DNA of 64,000 nt from an uncultured delta proteobacterium (GTDB lineage: Bacteria > Desulfobacterota > Binatia > UBA9968), in NCBI GenBank assembly GCA_963816145.1, contig CAWFJP010000011.1, positions 96,001-160,000 on the forward strand. Direction: 5' to 3'. Shown here piece after piece: positions 29,146 to 37,928 of this stretch; position 1 is the stretch's first letter; every line of letters begins with the position of its first letter. The notes below the pieces were generated by a model. That model was not told the origin of the DNA. It saw nothing but the letters and a program-made list of their open reading frames with translations, and did no database searches. Position numbers and translations under genes: made by a program.

Positions 29146-30078
29146 ATGAAAATCATGGTCGTCGGCAGCAGCGGCTACATCGGCCGTCACGTCGTGAAAA
29201 ATTTGGCAGCCCAAGGCGCTGATGTCGTAGCATTCGACCTCGTGCCCGCGCCCGCACAGTGGTCGGCGACGGGCGTACCATTCATTCAAGGCAACATGAC
29301 CAACTTAGAAGAAATCATGTCGGCAGTCCTAGAAAATGGCGTCCAACGCATCATCGCCCTGGGCTACTACATGACGCCGCTGCTCTCGCCCGAATGCCGC
29401 GATTTGTTGAACGCTGCCCGCGTCAACATCATCGGCGTGACCAACCTATTCGAAGCCGCGCGCCTGGCGAAAATCCAGCGCGTCATCTTCGCCAGCACCG
29501 TCGGCATCTTCGGCTACCAGGACGGCTACGGCCCGGAACCGATCGATGAAAACACCGAACCGCGCGCGCCGAAAAGTCTCTACGGCTTGATGAAGCTCGT
29601 CAACAACGGTTTAGCCGAACGCTACACCAAAGCCTACGGCGTCCAGATCGTCAAAGTCCACTCCGCCGCCGTCATTGGACCAGGCAACACCGCCTTTTCC
29701 AAGCGCATGATCCAAGATCCAGCCCTGGGAAACCCCGGCTTCGGCAACTGGCCGTCCGCCGGCCCGCGCAACATTGTCGGCGTCGGCGACATCGCCCAGC
29801 TCTACACCAAGATGGCGCTGGCCAACGAAGTGAAAGAAGACACCTACATGGGCACCGGCCCAAGTCCCACGGGCAACGAACTGGCCGCCTTCGTCAAGAG
29901 GTTTATACCGAACGCCGAAATCAGCTTCGACGAAAAAGCCCGCGTGCCGGCATGGAACTTCGACAACTCAAAGGCGGTGAGAGAATTCGGCTGGCAGATT
30001 CAGCCGGTTGAAGAAATGGTATTGGACGAGATCAATGGCACAAGAGCAATAGCAGGCTTACCGCTTGTCGGTGCTTAA
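29146..30078 (+). CDS. NAD-dependent epimerase/dehydratase (extended SDR)
   Basis: GSSGYIG, NIIGVTNLFEA, FAST, YGLMK. Confidence 0.9.
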   Translation: MKIMVVGSSGYIGRHVVKNLAAQGADVVAFDLVPAPAQWSATGVPFIQGNMTNLEEIMSAVLENGVQRIIALGYYMTPLLSPECRDLLNAARVNIIGVTNLFEAARLAKIQRVIFASTVGIFGYQDGYGPEPIDENTEPRAPKSLYGLMKLVNNGLAERYTKAYGVQIVKVHSAAVIGPGNTAFSKRMIQDPALGNPGFGNWPSAGPRNIVGVGDIAQLYTKMALANEVKEDTYMGTGPSPTGNELAAFVKRFIPNAEISFDEKARVPAWNFDNSKAVREFGWQIQPVEEMVLDEINGTRAIAGLPLVGA

Positions 30079-30443
30079 GCAAGCCTTCCAACTCTCAACC
30101 ACCTGGCCGATGCTATCGATAATGCAACGAACCATTCAGTCGAAGCTTCTAGCATCAATCACCAATCGCAAGCGAGTCATTCTAGATCCCATTAAACCGC
30201 TTCGGATTGTTCGACATAATCTTGCGCCTTAGATCCGCCGGTAAACCGATGCGCTCGATGAACCTTTTCACTTCTGCGGGTCGCGCACCCATGCTGTTCT
30301 TTTCCAGCGAAGGTTTGGGCCAGGAGATCCAATTCATTTGATTCGAGTCTACTGCTTTTCCCTAAATTAGCCACGCTGAACTCCAGCCCCTAATCGCTCA
30401 GCCGAGTTGAAATAATCGAAGGATTCTATAAAAAAGACGGACC

Positions 30444-31100
30444 ATGAATTGGCAAGATCCGATCGACTTCGAAGCCGGCAACCACGGCAACAAACCCTTC
30501 TCGATTCGCATTCCGGCACTGGTCGTCACCCGCGGCAAAAACGATCGTTTGAACTTTTTGACCGCCATGTGGTTCACGCCGACCGGCGCCGAACCGTCGC
30601 GCATGATCGTCGCGATTCAAAAGAAAACGCTCACTTACGACTATTTATTGGGCCGCGGCGAGTTCGTCATGAGCGCGCCGACCGATCAGATGATGGACGT
30701 GGTCGTCTTCGCCGGCTACATCTCCGGCCACGATGTCGACAAATGGAAAGCGGCGAAGCTCACGGCTGTGCAATCGTCAAAAATCTCCGTGCCGCTGATC
30801 GGTGAAGCGATCGGCAACGTCGAATACAAAGTCGTCAATCAGATTCCCTTCGACGACACCATGGACCTGTTCGTCGGCGAAGTCCTCGCCACTCATATTC
30901 GCAAAGGCGTCATGGAAGGCGAGCTTTATCGCGAGGACTCCAACCCGCTGCTCTACATGGGGACTAAGTACGACGACCACGGAAAGTCCATGGGCAAATA
31001 CTACGCTCATTTTCACGGCGTCGGCAAAGCCGACTATGAATCGCCGCTATTGAAGGAATACCTGTCGCGGCCCAAACGGCGGCCGGAGAAAAAGGACTGA
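30444..31100 (+). CDS. Flavin reductase-like family protein
   Basis: PALVVT, GEFVMS, GYISGHDVDKW, VPLIGEA, LFVGEV. Confidence 0.8.
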   Translation: MNWQDPIDFEAGNHGNKPFSIRIPALVVTRGKNDRLNFLTAMWFTPTGAEPSRMIVAIQKKTLTYDYLLGRGEFVMSAPTDQMMDVVVFAGYISGHDVDKWKAAKLTAVQSSKISVPLIGEAIGNVEYKVVNQIPFDDTMDLFVGEVLATHIRKGVMEGELYREDSNPLLYMGTKYDDHGKSMGKYYAHFHGVGKADYESPLLKEYLSRPKRRPEKKD

Positions 31101-31122
31101 GCCGTTTTTTTCCAATCGAACC

Positions 31123-32103
31123 ATGAAGCGAAATAGCACAATCCTGATTCTTTTGTTTATCGCACTCGCCCTGGTCGTTGCCGCCAGCGCTGAGGCGCAG
31201 GAACGCGAGAAGCTGCGCGTCAGCACTCTCTTTATCGGCTCGTCGTTGGTGCCTTTCTGGATCGGTCAGGAGCAAGGTATATTCGCCAAGTATGGAATCG
31301 ACGTCGAGTTGATTTGGATGCAGTCCAATCTCTCTACCGCGGCGCTCCTGGCCGGCGAAGTCGATACCGCCTTCGGCACGCCACAATCGCTGTTCGCCGT
31401 GCTGACGGCGAAGAATCCGCCGCCGTTGATCACGATCGCTGCATGGGGCTCCGCTTCGGAACACTGGCTGGTGGTCAATCCGGCGATCAAGACCGGCAAG
31501 GATCTTGAGGGCAAGACTGTCGGCGTCAGCCGGCCGCGCTCGGCCGACCACGGCTACACCACGGTAATTCTCGAACGCATGGGCGTCGATCCGCGCAAGA
31601 TCACATTTCTATCAACCGGCGGTCAGGGACAGCGCGCCGCGGCGGTGGAAGCGGCAACCACCATGGGCAGTTCGTTCAACCGCTATTATACCTTGCAACT
31701 CAAGCGCAAAGGCTTTCGCGATCTCGCCAGACTCGAGCGACCCGACTATCCGTTCCCGCCGTCGATCTTCGTCGCCAAAAAAGACACGTTGCAGAATAAG
31801 CGGCGCGCTTTCAAAGCTCTGCTCACTGCCATGATGGACGCGTCGGAGCGGCAGAAGAGCAGCAAAGAACTATCACTGCGGCTAATCCGCAAAAATCTGC
31901 GCATCCAGAATCCCGAAGTCGTCGAGGCCGCCTATGAAGACGGTGTAACGCTCAGCTACCCCTATTTCACCGAGCGCCAATTCAAAATTTCTTTGGAACT
32001 GTTGGAAAAGAGCATGGACCAACCGGTGCAGCTCGCCTACCGGCAAGTGATCGATCACAGCATCCTCGATGAGATCGGCCGGCCGGGCACGAACCGCCCT
32101 TAA
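31123..32103 (+). CDS. ABC transporter substrate-binding protein (NMT1/SsuA-like)
   Basis: Signal peptide; GIFAKYGIDVEL, DLEGKTVGV. Confidence 0.85.
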   Translation: MKRNSTILILLFIALALVVAASAEAQEREKLRVSTLFIGSSLVPFWIGQEQGIFAKYGIDVELIWMQSNLSTAALLAGEVDTAFGTPQSLFAVLTAKNPPPLITIAAWGSASEHWLVVNPAIKTGKDLEGKTVGVSRPRSADHGYTTVILERMGVDPRKITFLSTGGQGQRAAAVEAATTMGSSFNRYYTLQLKRKGFRDLARLERPDYPFPPSIFVAKKDTLQNKRRAFKALLTAMMDASERQKSSKELSLRLIRKNLRIQNPEVVEAAYEDGVTLSYPYFTERQFKISLELLEKSMDQPVQLAYRQVIDHSILDEIGRPGTNRP

Positions 32104-32191
32104 CCTGTCGTCCGCCTCGTTAGTTGCAAGTGGCGACCAAGGTCAATAAACTCTAAATGATTGTGCAAACAAACGGAGGCTACTTAGACTC

Positions 32192-33283
32192 ATGAATCAA
32201 TTTCGCCGGGTAGTTTTTGCGATATTCGTACTGCCATTTATATCGATGGATAGCTATGCTGCTCTCGCTCCGACTCCCGAAGAGATATGGAGGTCGTTGG
32301 AAAAACTGACGGCGGCGGAGCGTGAGAAAAAGCTCGTCGAGGGCGCAAAAAAAGAAGGCGAGATGCTCTGGTACACCAACTCGGGCATCGAGAACGCCAC
32401 CCGTTATATCCAGGCCTTCAAGAAAAACTACCCGTATATCAACGCTCAGGTGTGGCGCGCCAAAACCCGACAAGTCACACAAAGAGCGATCCAGGAGGCC
32501 GCTGCCGGCAAACATATGGTCGATGTCATCAAACCGTCGACCGACCTGTTGCCGCCGATGCTCGACAAGAATCTGCTCGGCAAGTATGAAACGCCGGGAC
32601 GGGCGATTCTTCCGGCGCACACCAAGTCACCTTACTACACCAGCATCAACTACGCCTTTCGAGTTTTTGCCTACAATCCGCGCAAAGTGAATCGCAAAGA
32701 CGTGCCGAAGAGTTGGGATGAACTCTTACAAGCAAAGTGGAAAGGCGAAATTCTGTTTGACGAGTCTTCACTTGAAGAAGTCATGTCGCTGCTTGGGGCC
32801 TGGGGCAAGGAAAAAACTGTCAGCTATTTAACCAAACTGAGTCAGCAAAACCTGCAGATCCGCGTCGGCCGCGACACGACGACGCAGATGATGATGGCCG
32901 GGGAGGCGCCCCTCGCAGTTACCACTTATGCCTACAACAACGAAAGTCTCAAGGCGGCCAATGCGCCGGTGGATTGGGTGGCGGAAGATTTGATCCCGAC
33001 GCTGATCTATCCATTGACGATGGCGCGCAACGCGCCCCATCCTTACTCCGCTGCTTTGTTCTACGACTTTTTAATTTCCGAAGAAGGCCAACGGCTGATT
33101 GCCAAAGAGGGGCGCGTGGTCTCTCATCCCAAAGTGGAGCCGATCTATCCGCGCATGAAGGAACTGCAAAATCTCTTGGGCACTTCGCGAATCGGACTAA
33201 ATACCATGGAGCAAAACTCCAAATTGCTCAAAGACGGTATCCAGATCCTCGATGAAATCGTCTTGAGACGGAAGTCCTCCTAG
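32192..33283 (+). CDS. Extracellular solute-binding protein (AfuA/FbpA-like class)
   Basis: GAKKEG, PKSWDELL, KWKG, APVDW, APHP. Confidence 0.85.
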   Translation: MNQFRRVVFAIFVLPFISMDSYAALAPTPEEIWRSLEKLTAAEREKKLVEGAKKEGEMLWYTNSGIENATRYIQAFKKNYPYINAQVWRAKTRQVTQRAIQEAAAGKHMVDVIKPSTDLLPPMLDKNLLGKYETPGRAILPAHTKSPYYTSINYAFRVFAYNPRKVNRKDVPKSWDELLQAKWKGEILFDESSLEEVMSLLGAWGKEKTVSYLTKLSQQNLQIRVGRDTTTQMMMAGEAPLAVTTYAYNNESLKAANAPVDWVAEDLIPTLIYPLTMARNAPHPYSAALFYDFLISEEGQRLIAKEGRVVSHPKVEPIYPRMKELQNLLGTSRIGLNTMEQNSKLLKDGIQILDEIVLRRKSS

Positions 33284-33331
33284 AAATGAAACCGATTGTG
33301 CGGTGCCTTGATTCACTCAACGGAGGAAACA

Positions 33332-34228
33332 ATGTTTCAAGCTGAAACCCTCGATCACGTCGCCTTTCCGGTGCGCGATCTGCCGCGCTCTGAGAAATTC
33401 TATTTGGAAACCGTCGGCCTGACCTTCATGACCCAGCGTAAAAACGCCGACGGCTCGCCGCGCCACACTTATATGAAAGCCGGCGAAAACATTGTCGGCT
33501 TGACCTTGCCCGGCGTCGCCGTGCCGGCCTCGACCAGCGGCGCGCCGCGATATGCAATCGCCATGATCGACGAGGCCGGCTTCGTCGCGGCAGTTGAAAG
33601 AATTCGCGCCAGCGGCGTAAAGTGTTTCGACCTCGAGAGTCACGCGGCCGATTCGCCCTTTGTCAAAGCCTTTCAGTTCATCGATCCCGACGACAATCAG
33701 ATCGAGCTCTGCGTTCGCCGCCGGCCACTGGCGGCCAACGACGGCCTCAGCCATGTGATATTCGAGACCGCCAACCTCGCCCGCGCCAAGCGCTTCTACA
33801 CCGAAGCTTTGGGACTCAAACCGGCCGGCGAAGTGCGCGGTGAAATGCTCTTCGAATTCCAAAACGGCCAAATGATCGGCGTCAAGGAAGTCAAAGAACT
33901 ATCCGAGCGGACCAAGAAAAAAGGCCGCGCCTGCCATGTGGCGTTCAACGTCAGCCAGGAAGATTACGACGTGATGCTGGAGCGCATTCCGACATTCGAT
34001 GGCAGATCGCTGGGCGATTTTCGCGCCACCGACGGCCTGCGGCCGGCCGGCGAACGCAGCATTTATTTCTTCGATCCTGATACCAATTATTTACAGATTA
34101 CCGCCCTGGGCGAAGCAGACGTGCCGATGATTTCCGACGAAGAGAAATGGAAACTAACAGTCGAAAACCGCCAGAAGCAGGGCAAAGGCATCTCGAGTTT
34201 CGACAAGGGCGTAAAAATCCAGAAATAG
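33332..34228 (+). CDS. Two-domain VOC (glyoxalase/extradiol dioxygenase) family protein
   Basis: LDHVAFPVRDL, DPDDNQIEL, SHVIF, CHVAF, SIYFFDPDTN. Confidence 0.85.
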   Translation: MFQAETLDHVAFPVRDLPRSEKFYLETVGLTFMTQRKNADGSPRHTYMKAGENIVGLTLPGVAVPASTSGAPRYAIAMIDEAGFVAAVERIRASGVKCFDLESHAADSPFVKAFQFIDPDDNQIELCVRRRPLAANDGLSHVIFETANLARAKRFYTEALGLKPAGEVRGEMLFEFQNGQMIGVKEVKELSERTKKKGRACHVAFNVSQEDYDVMLERIPTFDGRSLGDFRATDGLRPAGERSIYFFDPDTNYLQITALGEADVPMISDEEKWKLTVENRQKQGKGISSFDKGVKIQK

Positions 34229-34231
34229 ATT

Positions 34232-34313
34232 TTCACCACGAACGACACGAAGATCACGAAGTTCGGAATATTATTTTTCCGAAGCCTTCGTGTCCTTCGT
34301 GTGCTTCGTGGTG
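34232..34313. repeat. 9-mer periodic hairpin repeat (CACGAAG family), copy 1
   Basis: ttcaccacgaa-cgacacgaa-gatcacgaa-gttcgga ... tccgaa-cttcgtgtc-cttcgtgtg-cttcgtggtg. Confidence 0.85.
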
Positions 34314-34348
34314 CTCCCGCATTTTCCCATACTAGAAAAGGAACACCC

Positions 34349-35539
34349 GTGGCACTGGAAAAACCGATCATCCCAACTTTCTCGATGAAAGAGCGCGACC
34401 GAAGATGGTCGCTGCTGCGCGCCGCCATGATTAAGGCCAACTTCGACGCCCTCATCGCCCTGCCGCACGAGGGACACTGGGATCAGTTCGGTTGCGACAC
34501 CCGCTACATAACTCAGATTGGCGGCACGCAGACCGAAGTCGGCTGCGTCCTCCCCTTGGAAGCTGACGTCACCGCCGTGGTGCGCGGCGAGAACGAAATC
34601 GAATGGTGGGGCTTGGCCCAGGACTGGGTCAAAGACATTCGCCCATCGCGCCGCTCCTATGGCGAGCCGGTGATCGATCGTTTGAAGGAAGTCCGCGCTG
34701 AGCGCGTCGGTGTCATCGCTTTGTCCGGCATGGTCCGCGCGCCGGAAGGCGTCGTGCCTTGGGGGACTTTTGAAAAGATTCGCACCTCACTGCCCAACGT
34801 CAAATTCGCCAACGCCACCGACGTTTTGCAAGAAGTTCGCTCGGTAAAGAGCGCCGAAGAGGTCGCCTTCATCGAGAAGGCGGCGGAGATCATCGGCTAC
34901 GCCAACGAGGTGCTGATTCAACATGCCAAGGTTGGCGTCGGCGAAAACGAGCTGATCGCTGAAATGCTCCGCGAAGTCGTCCGCCGCGGCGGCGAGCCGA
35001 TCACCATGATGCTGTTCGGCACCGGCGGACCGGAAGTGCCTTGGGCGCAGCGCGTGTTCACCACGCGCAAACTCAAACCCGGCGATTTGATCAACACCGA
35101 AGTAGAAGGCAAATACGCCGGTTACATCGCCCAGGCGCTGCAGCCAATCTCACTCGGCCCTAAACCGAAGGATTTGGAAAAAATCTTCGATGCGACCAAG
35201 GTGATCTTCGACCGCATGCTGCAATTCTTGAAACCCGGCATCACCTTCGGCGCGGTCGCAAAGTTTTACCAGGACGAAGTCGCCGCCGCCGGCTACGAGC
35301 CCGACGGCGCGCTCATGCACGGACGCGGTCTCGGGGAAGATGCGCCGATGCTCTGGGGCGCGCGCAAAGATTTCCCGGAGAAAGACCAGTTAATCAAAGA
35401 AGGCCATGTGTTCATTTTGAAACCCGCTTGCAGACAAGGCTTCATGCGCGACTCGATTCGCGCCGGCGACACCGTCGCCATCGAAGCGAACGGGGCGAGG
35501 CGATTGGGCAAGCGCGAACTGGCGTTTGTCTCGGTATAA
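34349..35539 (+). CDS. M24 (pita-bread) family protein with creatinase-like N-domain and divergent metal site
   Basis: ERDRRW, VRSVKSAEE, GDLINTE, GY, MHGRGLG, GDTV; GTG start after AAAGGA. Confidence 0.85.
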   Translation: MALEKPIIPTFSMKERDRRWSLLRAAMIKANFDALIALPHEGHWDQFGCDTRYITQIGGTQTEVGCVLPLEADVTAVVRGENEIEWWGLAQDWVKDIRPSRRSYGEPVIDRLKEVRAERVGVIALSGMVRAPEGVVPWGTFEKIRTSLPNVKFANATDVLQEVRSVKSAEEVAFIEKAAEIIGYANEVLIQHAKVGVGENELIAEMLREVVRRGGEPITMMLFGTGGPEVPWAQRVFTTRKLKPGDLINTEVEGKYAGYIAQALQPISLGPKPKDLEKIFDATKVIFDRMLQFLKPGITFGAVAKFYQDEVAAAGYEPDGALMHGRGLGEDAPMLWGARKDFPEKDQLIKEGHVFILKPACRQGFMRDSIRAGDTVAIEANGARRLGKRELAFVSV

Positions 35540-35560
35540 TCCGATTCCTTGGCGACCTGG

Positions 35561-35690
35561 AGACTGTGTCACAACTGTCATTCCGAGGCGAAGCCGAGGA
35601 ATCTCTTTCTCGAATGTGGGTGTAGACACGAGATCCCTCGCTACGCTCGGGATGACAGATGGGGGCCGTTGCCCATCGTAACCGCGCCTC
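35561..35690. mobile_element. Second, inverted copy of the 130-bp MITE-like element
   Basis: agactgtgtcacaactgtcattccgagg...gagatccctcgctacgctcgggatgacagatgggg closely matches the reverse complement of 28879..29008; the far TIR is degenerate. Confidence 0.75.
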
Positions 35691-35816
35691 TCAATAGCAA
35701 GGACGCAAGGCCGTGGTTGGAGGCAAGTCATCGCCGACGAGCACCCGCTACTCCTTGCGACACGAATTGTCTCTATAATATAAGTGCACTCTGCAATCTC
35801 ACACGGAGGAAATGCC

Positions 35817-36404
35817 ATGAGTGACGAAAACATCAACCCCGACGCGCCGCTGCATATTCGCGGCTTGAATCATCTCACCATTCCGGTAAAAGACCGCTAC
35901 CGCGCCGCGCGCTTCTACATTGTCGCCCTAGGTGCTGAGGCTCATCACGAATCCGCTCCCGACCGCGTCGCCAAAGGTTTATCGCGATCGTTGCAGTTCG
36001 GCATTCGCATGGCGGCGAATTTCGAAATCGATCTTTTCGAACAGGATTTTGGCCAGCCGGATTGGAACCAATCCCACCCTCACCTGGCCCTCGACACCGC
36101 CGCTGAAGATCTCGGGAAATGGGTGGAGCATTTCAAAAAATGGCAGATTCCGTTCGTCGGTCCCATGACTCGATCCGGCACTAAAGGTGCAGAGATTTAC
36201 TTTAATGATCTCGACGGCAATCATCTCGAAGTCCATTGTTCTGACATCCCCGATGATCAACGGAGCAAATACGCCGTCGGCCCCTACGACAAAGGCCTTT
36301 GCGTGCACAAAAAAGATTGGCCGCCCAAAGAGTTGGCGGACGAAGCCGAGCGGCTGTTCCAAGCCTCGGTCTCCCGCATGCGCGCGCGCCGAAAACCACA
36401 CTGA
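35817..36404 (+). CDS. VOC family protein (single domain plus C-terminal extension)
   Basis: GLNHLTIPVKD, PHLAL, IYFNDLDGNHLEV; GGAGG RBS. Confidence 0.85.
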   Translation: MSDENINPDAPLHIRGLNHLTIPVKDRYRAARFYIVALGAEAHHESAPDRVAKGLSRSLQFGIRMAANFEIDLFEQDFGQPDWNQSHPHLALDTAAEDLGKWVEHFKKWQIPFVGPMTRSGTKGAEIYFNDLDGNHLEVHCSDIPDDQRSKYAVGPYDKGLCVHKKDWPPKELADEAERLFQASVSRMRARRKPH

Positions 36405-36434
36405 GCTGCGCCGGCAATTAAGCCAAACAATTCC

Positions 36435-36508
36435 TTCACCACGAAGGACACGAAGGTTTCGGACCAATGATTTTGCTAACTTCGCGCTCTTCGTGCCTTC
36501 GTGGTGAA
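36435..36508. repeat. 9-mer periodic hairpin repeat (CACGAAG family), copy 2
   Basis: ttcaccacgaaggacacgaagg ... cttcgtgccttcgtggtgaa. Confidence 0.85.
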
Positions 36509-36540
36509 AGATAACCCGTTCATTAAATGAAAGACTAAAA

Positions 36541-37761
36541 ATGGCTGAACTGTACCCGTATCCTCGTTTCTCCCTGGCCGAGCGCGACCGCCGCTGGAAA
36601 GCGGTGCGCGCGAAGATGGCCGAGCAAAACATCGACGTCATCGTCACGCCGCAGAACACCGGCCACTCGATGGACTTTCAAGCCAACACCCGCTACTTGA
36701 CCCACTGCGGCGGCGGCGGCGACGCCGATATCGCCGCGGTGTTTCCCTTGAATGGCGCCGTCACCGCCATCGCCACTTCCGCCAATCCGCGCTGGACCAC
36801 CACGCAAGAGTGGACCACCGATGTTCGCGAAGCCCGGCGCGAATATGGCAAGATCATCGTCGAGCGTTTGAAAGAATTGAATGTCGAGCGCGGCCGTATA
36901 GGCATCACCGGCCTCGGCGAAGTCGAAGGCACACGCACGCCGGAAGGAACCATCCTGCACGGCACCTGGCAAAGAATCCGCGACGCCTTTCCCTATGCAC
37001 AATTGGTCGACGCCACGCCGATCCTGGTCGAAGTGCGCTATATCAAGAGTACCGAAGAAATCGACGTGTTGACCAAGTCGATGGCGATCGTCGAGGAGGG
37101 TTACAAAGCCGAGATCGAAGCGGCCAAACCCGGCGTCAGAGACTGGGATGTCTGGGCCGCGGCGCAGTACGGCATGATGCACAATGGTTCCGAGATGCCG
37201 GTGCACTGCAATTGGATCTCCGGGAGGAACCCTGTGCGCACACTCACGCGCCCGAGCATGCGCATTTTGGAATACGGTGACCTGATTATCAACGAACTGG
37301 AAGCGAACTGGATCGGCTATCGCGCTCAAGGCGTGCAACCGGTGTTTGTCGGCGCGGCCAATCCCCTGCATCAAGAACTGATCAAAGTGCAGCGCGAGAT
37401 CTTCAACCGCGTCATGGAACATTTGAAACCTGGGGTGACGGTCAAGGAATTGGCCGAACTGACGATCAAAACCGCCGCAGCTGCTGCGCCTAAGTCCGGC
37501 TTAGCCGCGAATGCGCGCGGAGACCTGAACATGCATGGCCGCGGTGCCGGCGACGACGGCCCAATCATCACCGCCCATGCTAAGAGCCCGCGCCAACTCG
37601 GCGTGACACTGCAAGAAAACATGGTCTTTATTTGCAAACCGTCAGCACTTGCCGCCGACGGCCAATCGCTCAGTACCTGGGGCGACACCATTGTCGTTAC
37701 CGCCAACGGCGGCAAACGGCTCGGCAAACGGCCCCACGATTTGGCGGTGTCGGGCGGTTGA
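36541..37761 (+). CDS. M24 family protein, second divergent paralog
   Basis: FSLAERDRRW, VRYIKSTEE, GDLIINE, MHGRGAG, ICKP, WGDT. Confidence 0.85.
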   Translation: MAELYPYPRFSLAERDRRWKAVRAKMAEQNIDVIVTPQNTGHSMDFQANTRYLTHCGGGGDADIAAVFPLNGAVTAIATSANPRWTTTQEWTTDVREARREYGKIIVERLKELNVERGRIGITGLGEVEGTRTPEGTILHGTWQRIRDAFPYAQLVDATPILVEVRYIKSTEEIDVLTKSMAIVEEGYKAEIEAAKPGVRDWDVWAAAQYGMMHNGSEMPVHCNWISGRNPVRTLTRPSMRILEYGDLIINELEANWIGYRAQGVQPVFVGAANPLHQELIKVQREIFNRVMEHLKPGVTVKELAELTIKTAAAAAPKSGLAANARGDLNMHGRGAGDDGPIITAHAKSPRQLGVTLQENMVFICKPSALAADGQSLSTWGDTIVVTANGGKRLGKRPHDLAVSGG

Positions 37762-37783
37762 TTGCTGTATGAAAAAACAATCA

Positions 37784-37866
37784 TTCACCACGAAGGACAC
37801 GAAGAGCACGAAGTTCGGAGTTCAAACTATCCGAAACCTTCGTGGCCTTCGTGCCTTCGTGGTGAA
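37784..37866. repeat. 9-mer periodic hairpin repeat (CACGAAG family), copy 3
   Basis: ttcaccacgaaggacacgaagagcacgaagttcgga ... tccgaaaccttcgtggccttcgtgccttcgtggtgaa. Confidence 0.85.
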
Positions 37867-37928
37867 CACTCCGTTGCATATAGAGTGCTAAATCAACACC
37901 GAACTCGGAAAGCGCCATATGGCTTGCT

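Noticed and set aside
34232-37866. Recurrent CACGAAG repeats as a CRISPR array
   Set aside because: Copies are kilobases apart and separated by genes, are internally periodic hairpins, have no regular spacers, and no cas genes are present
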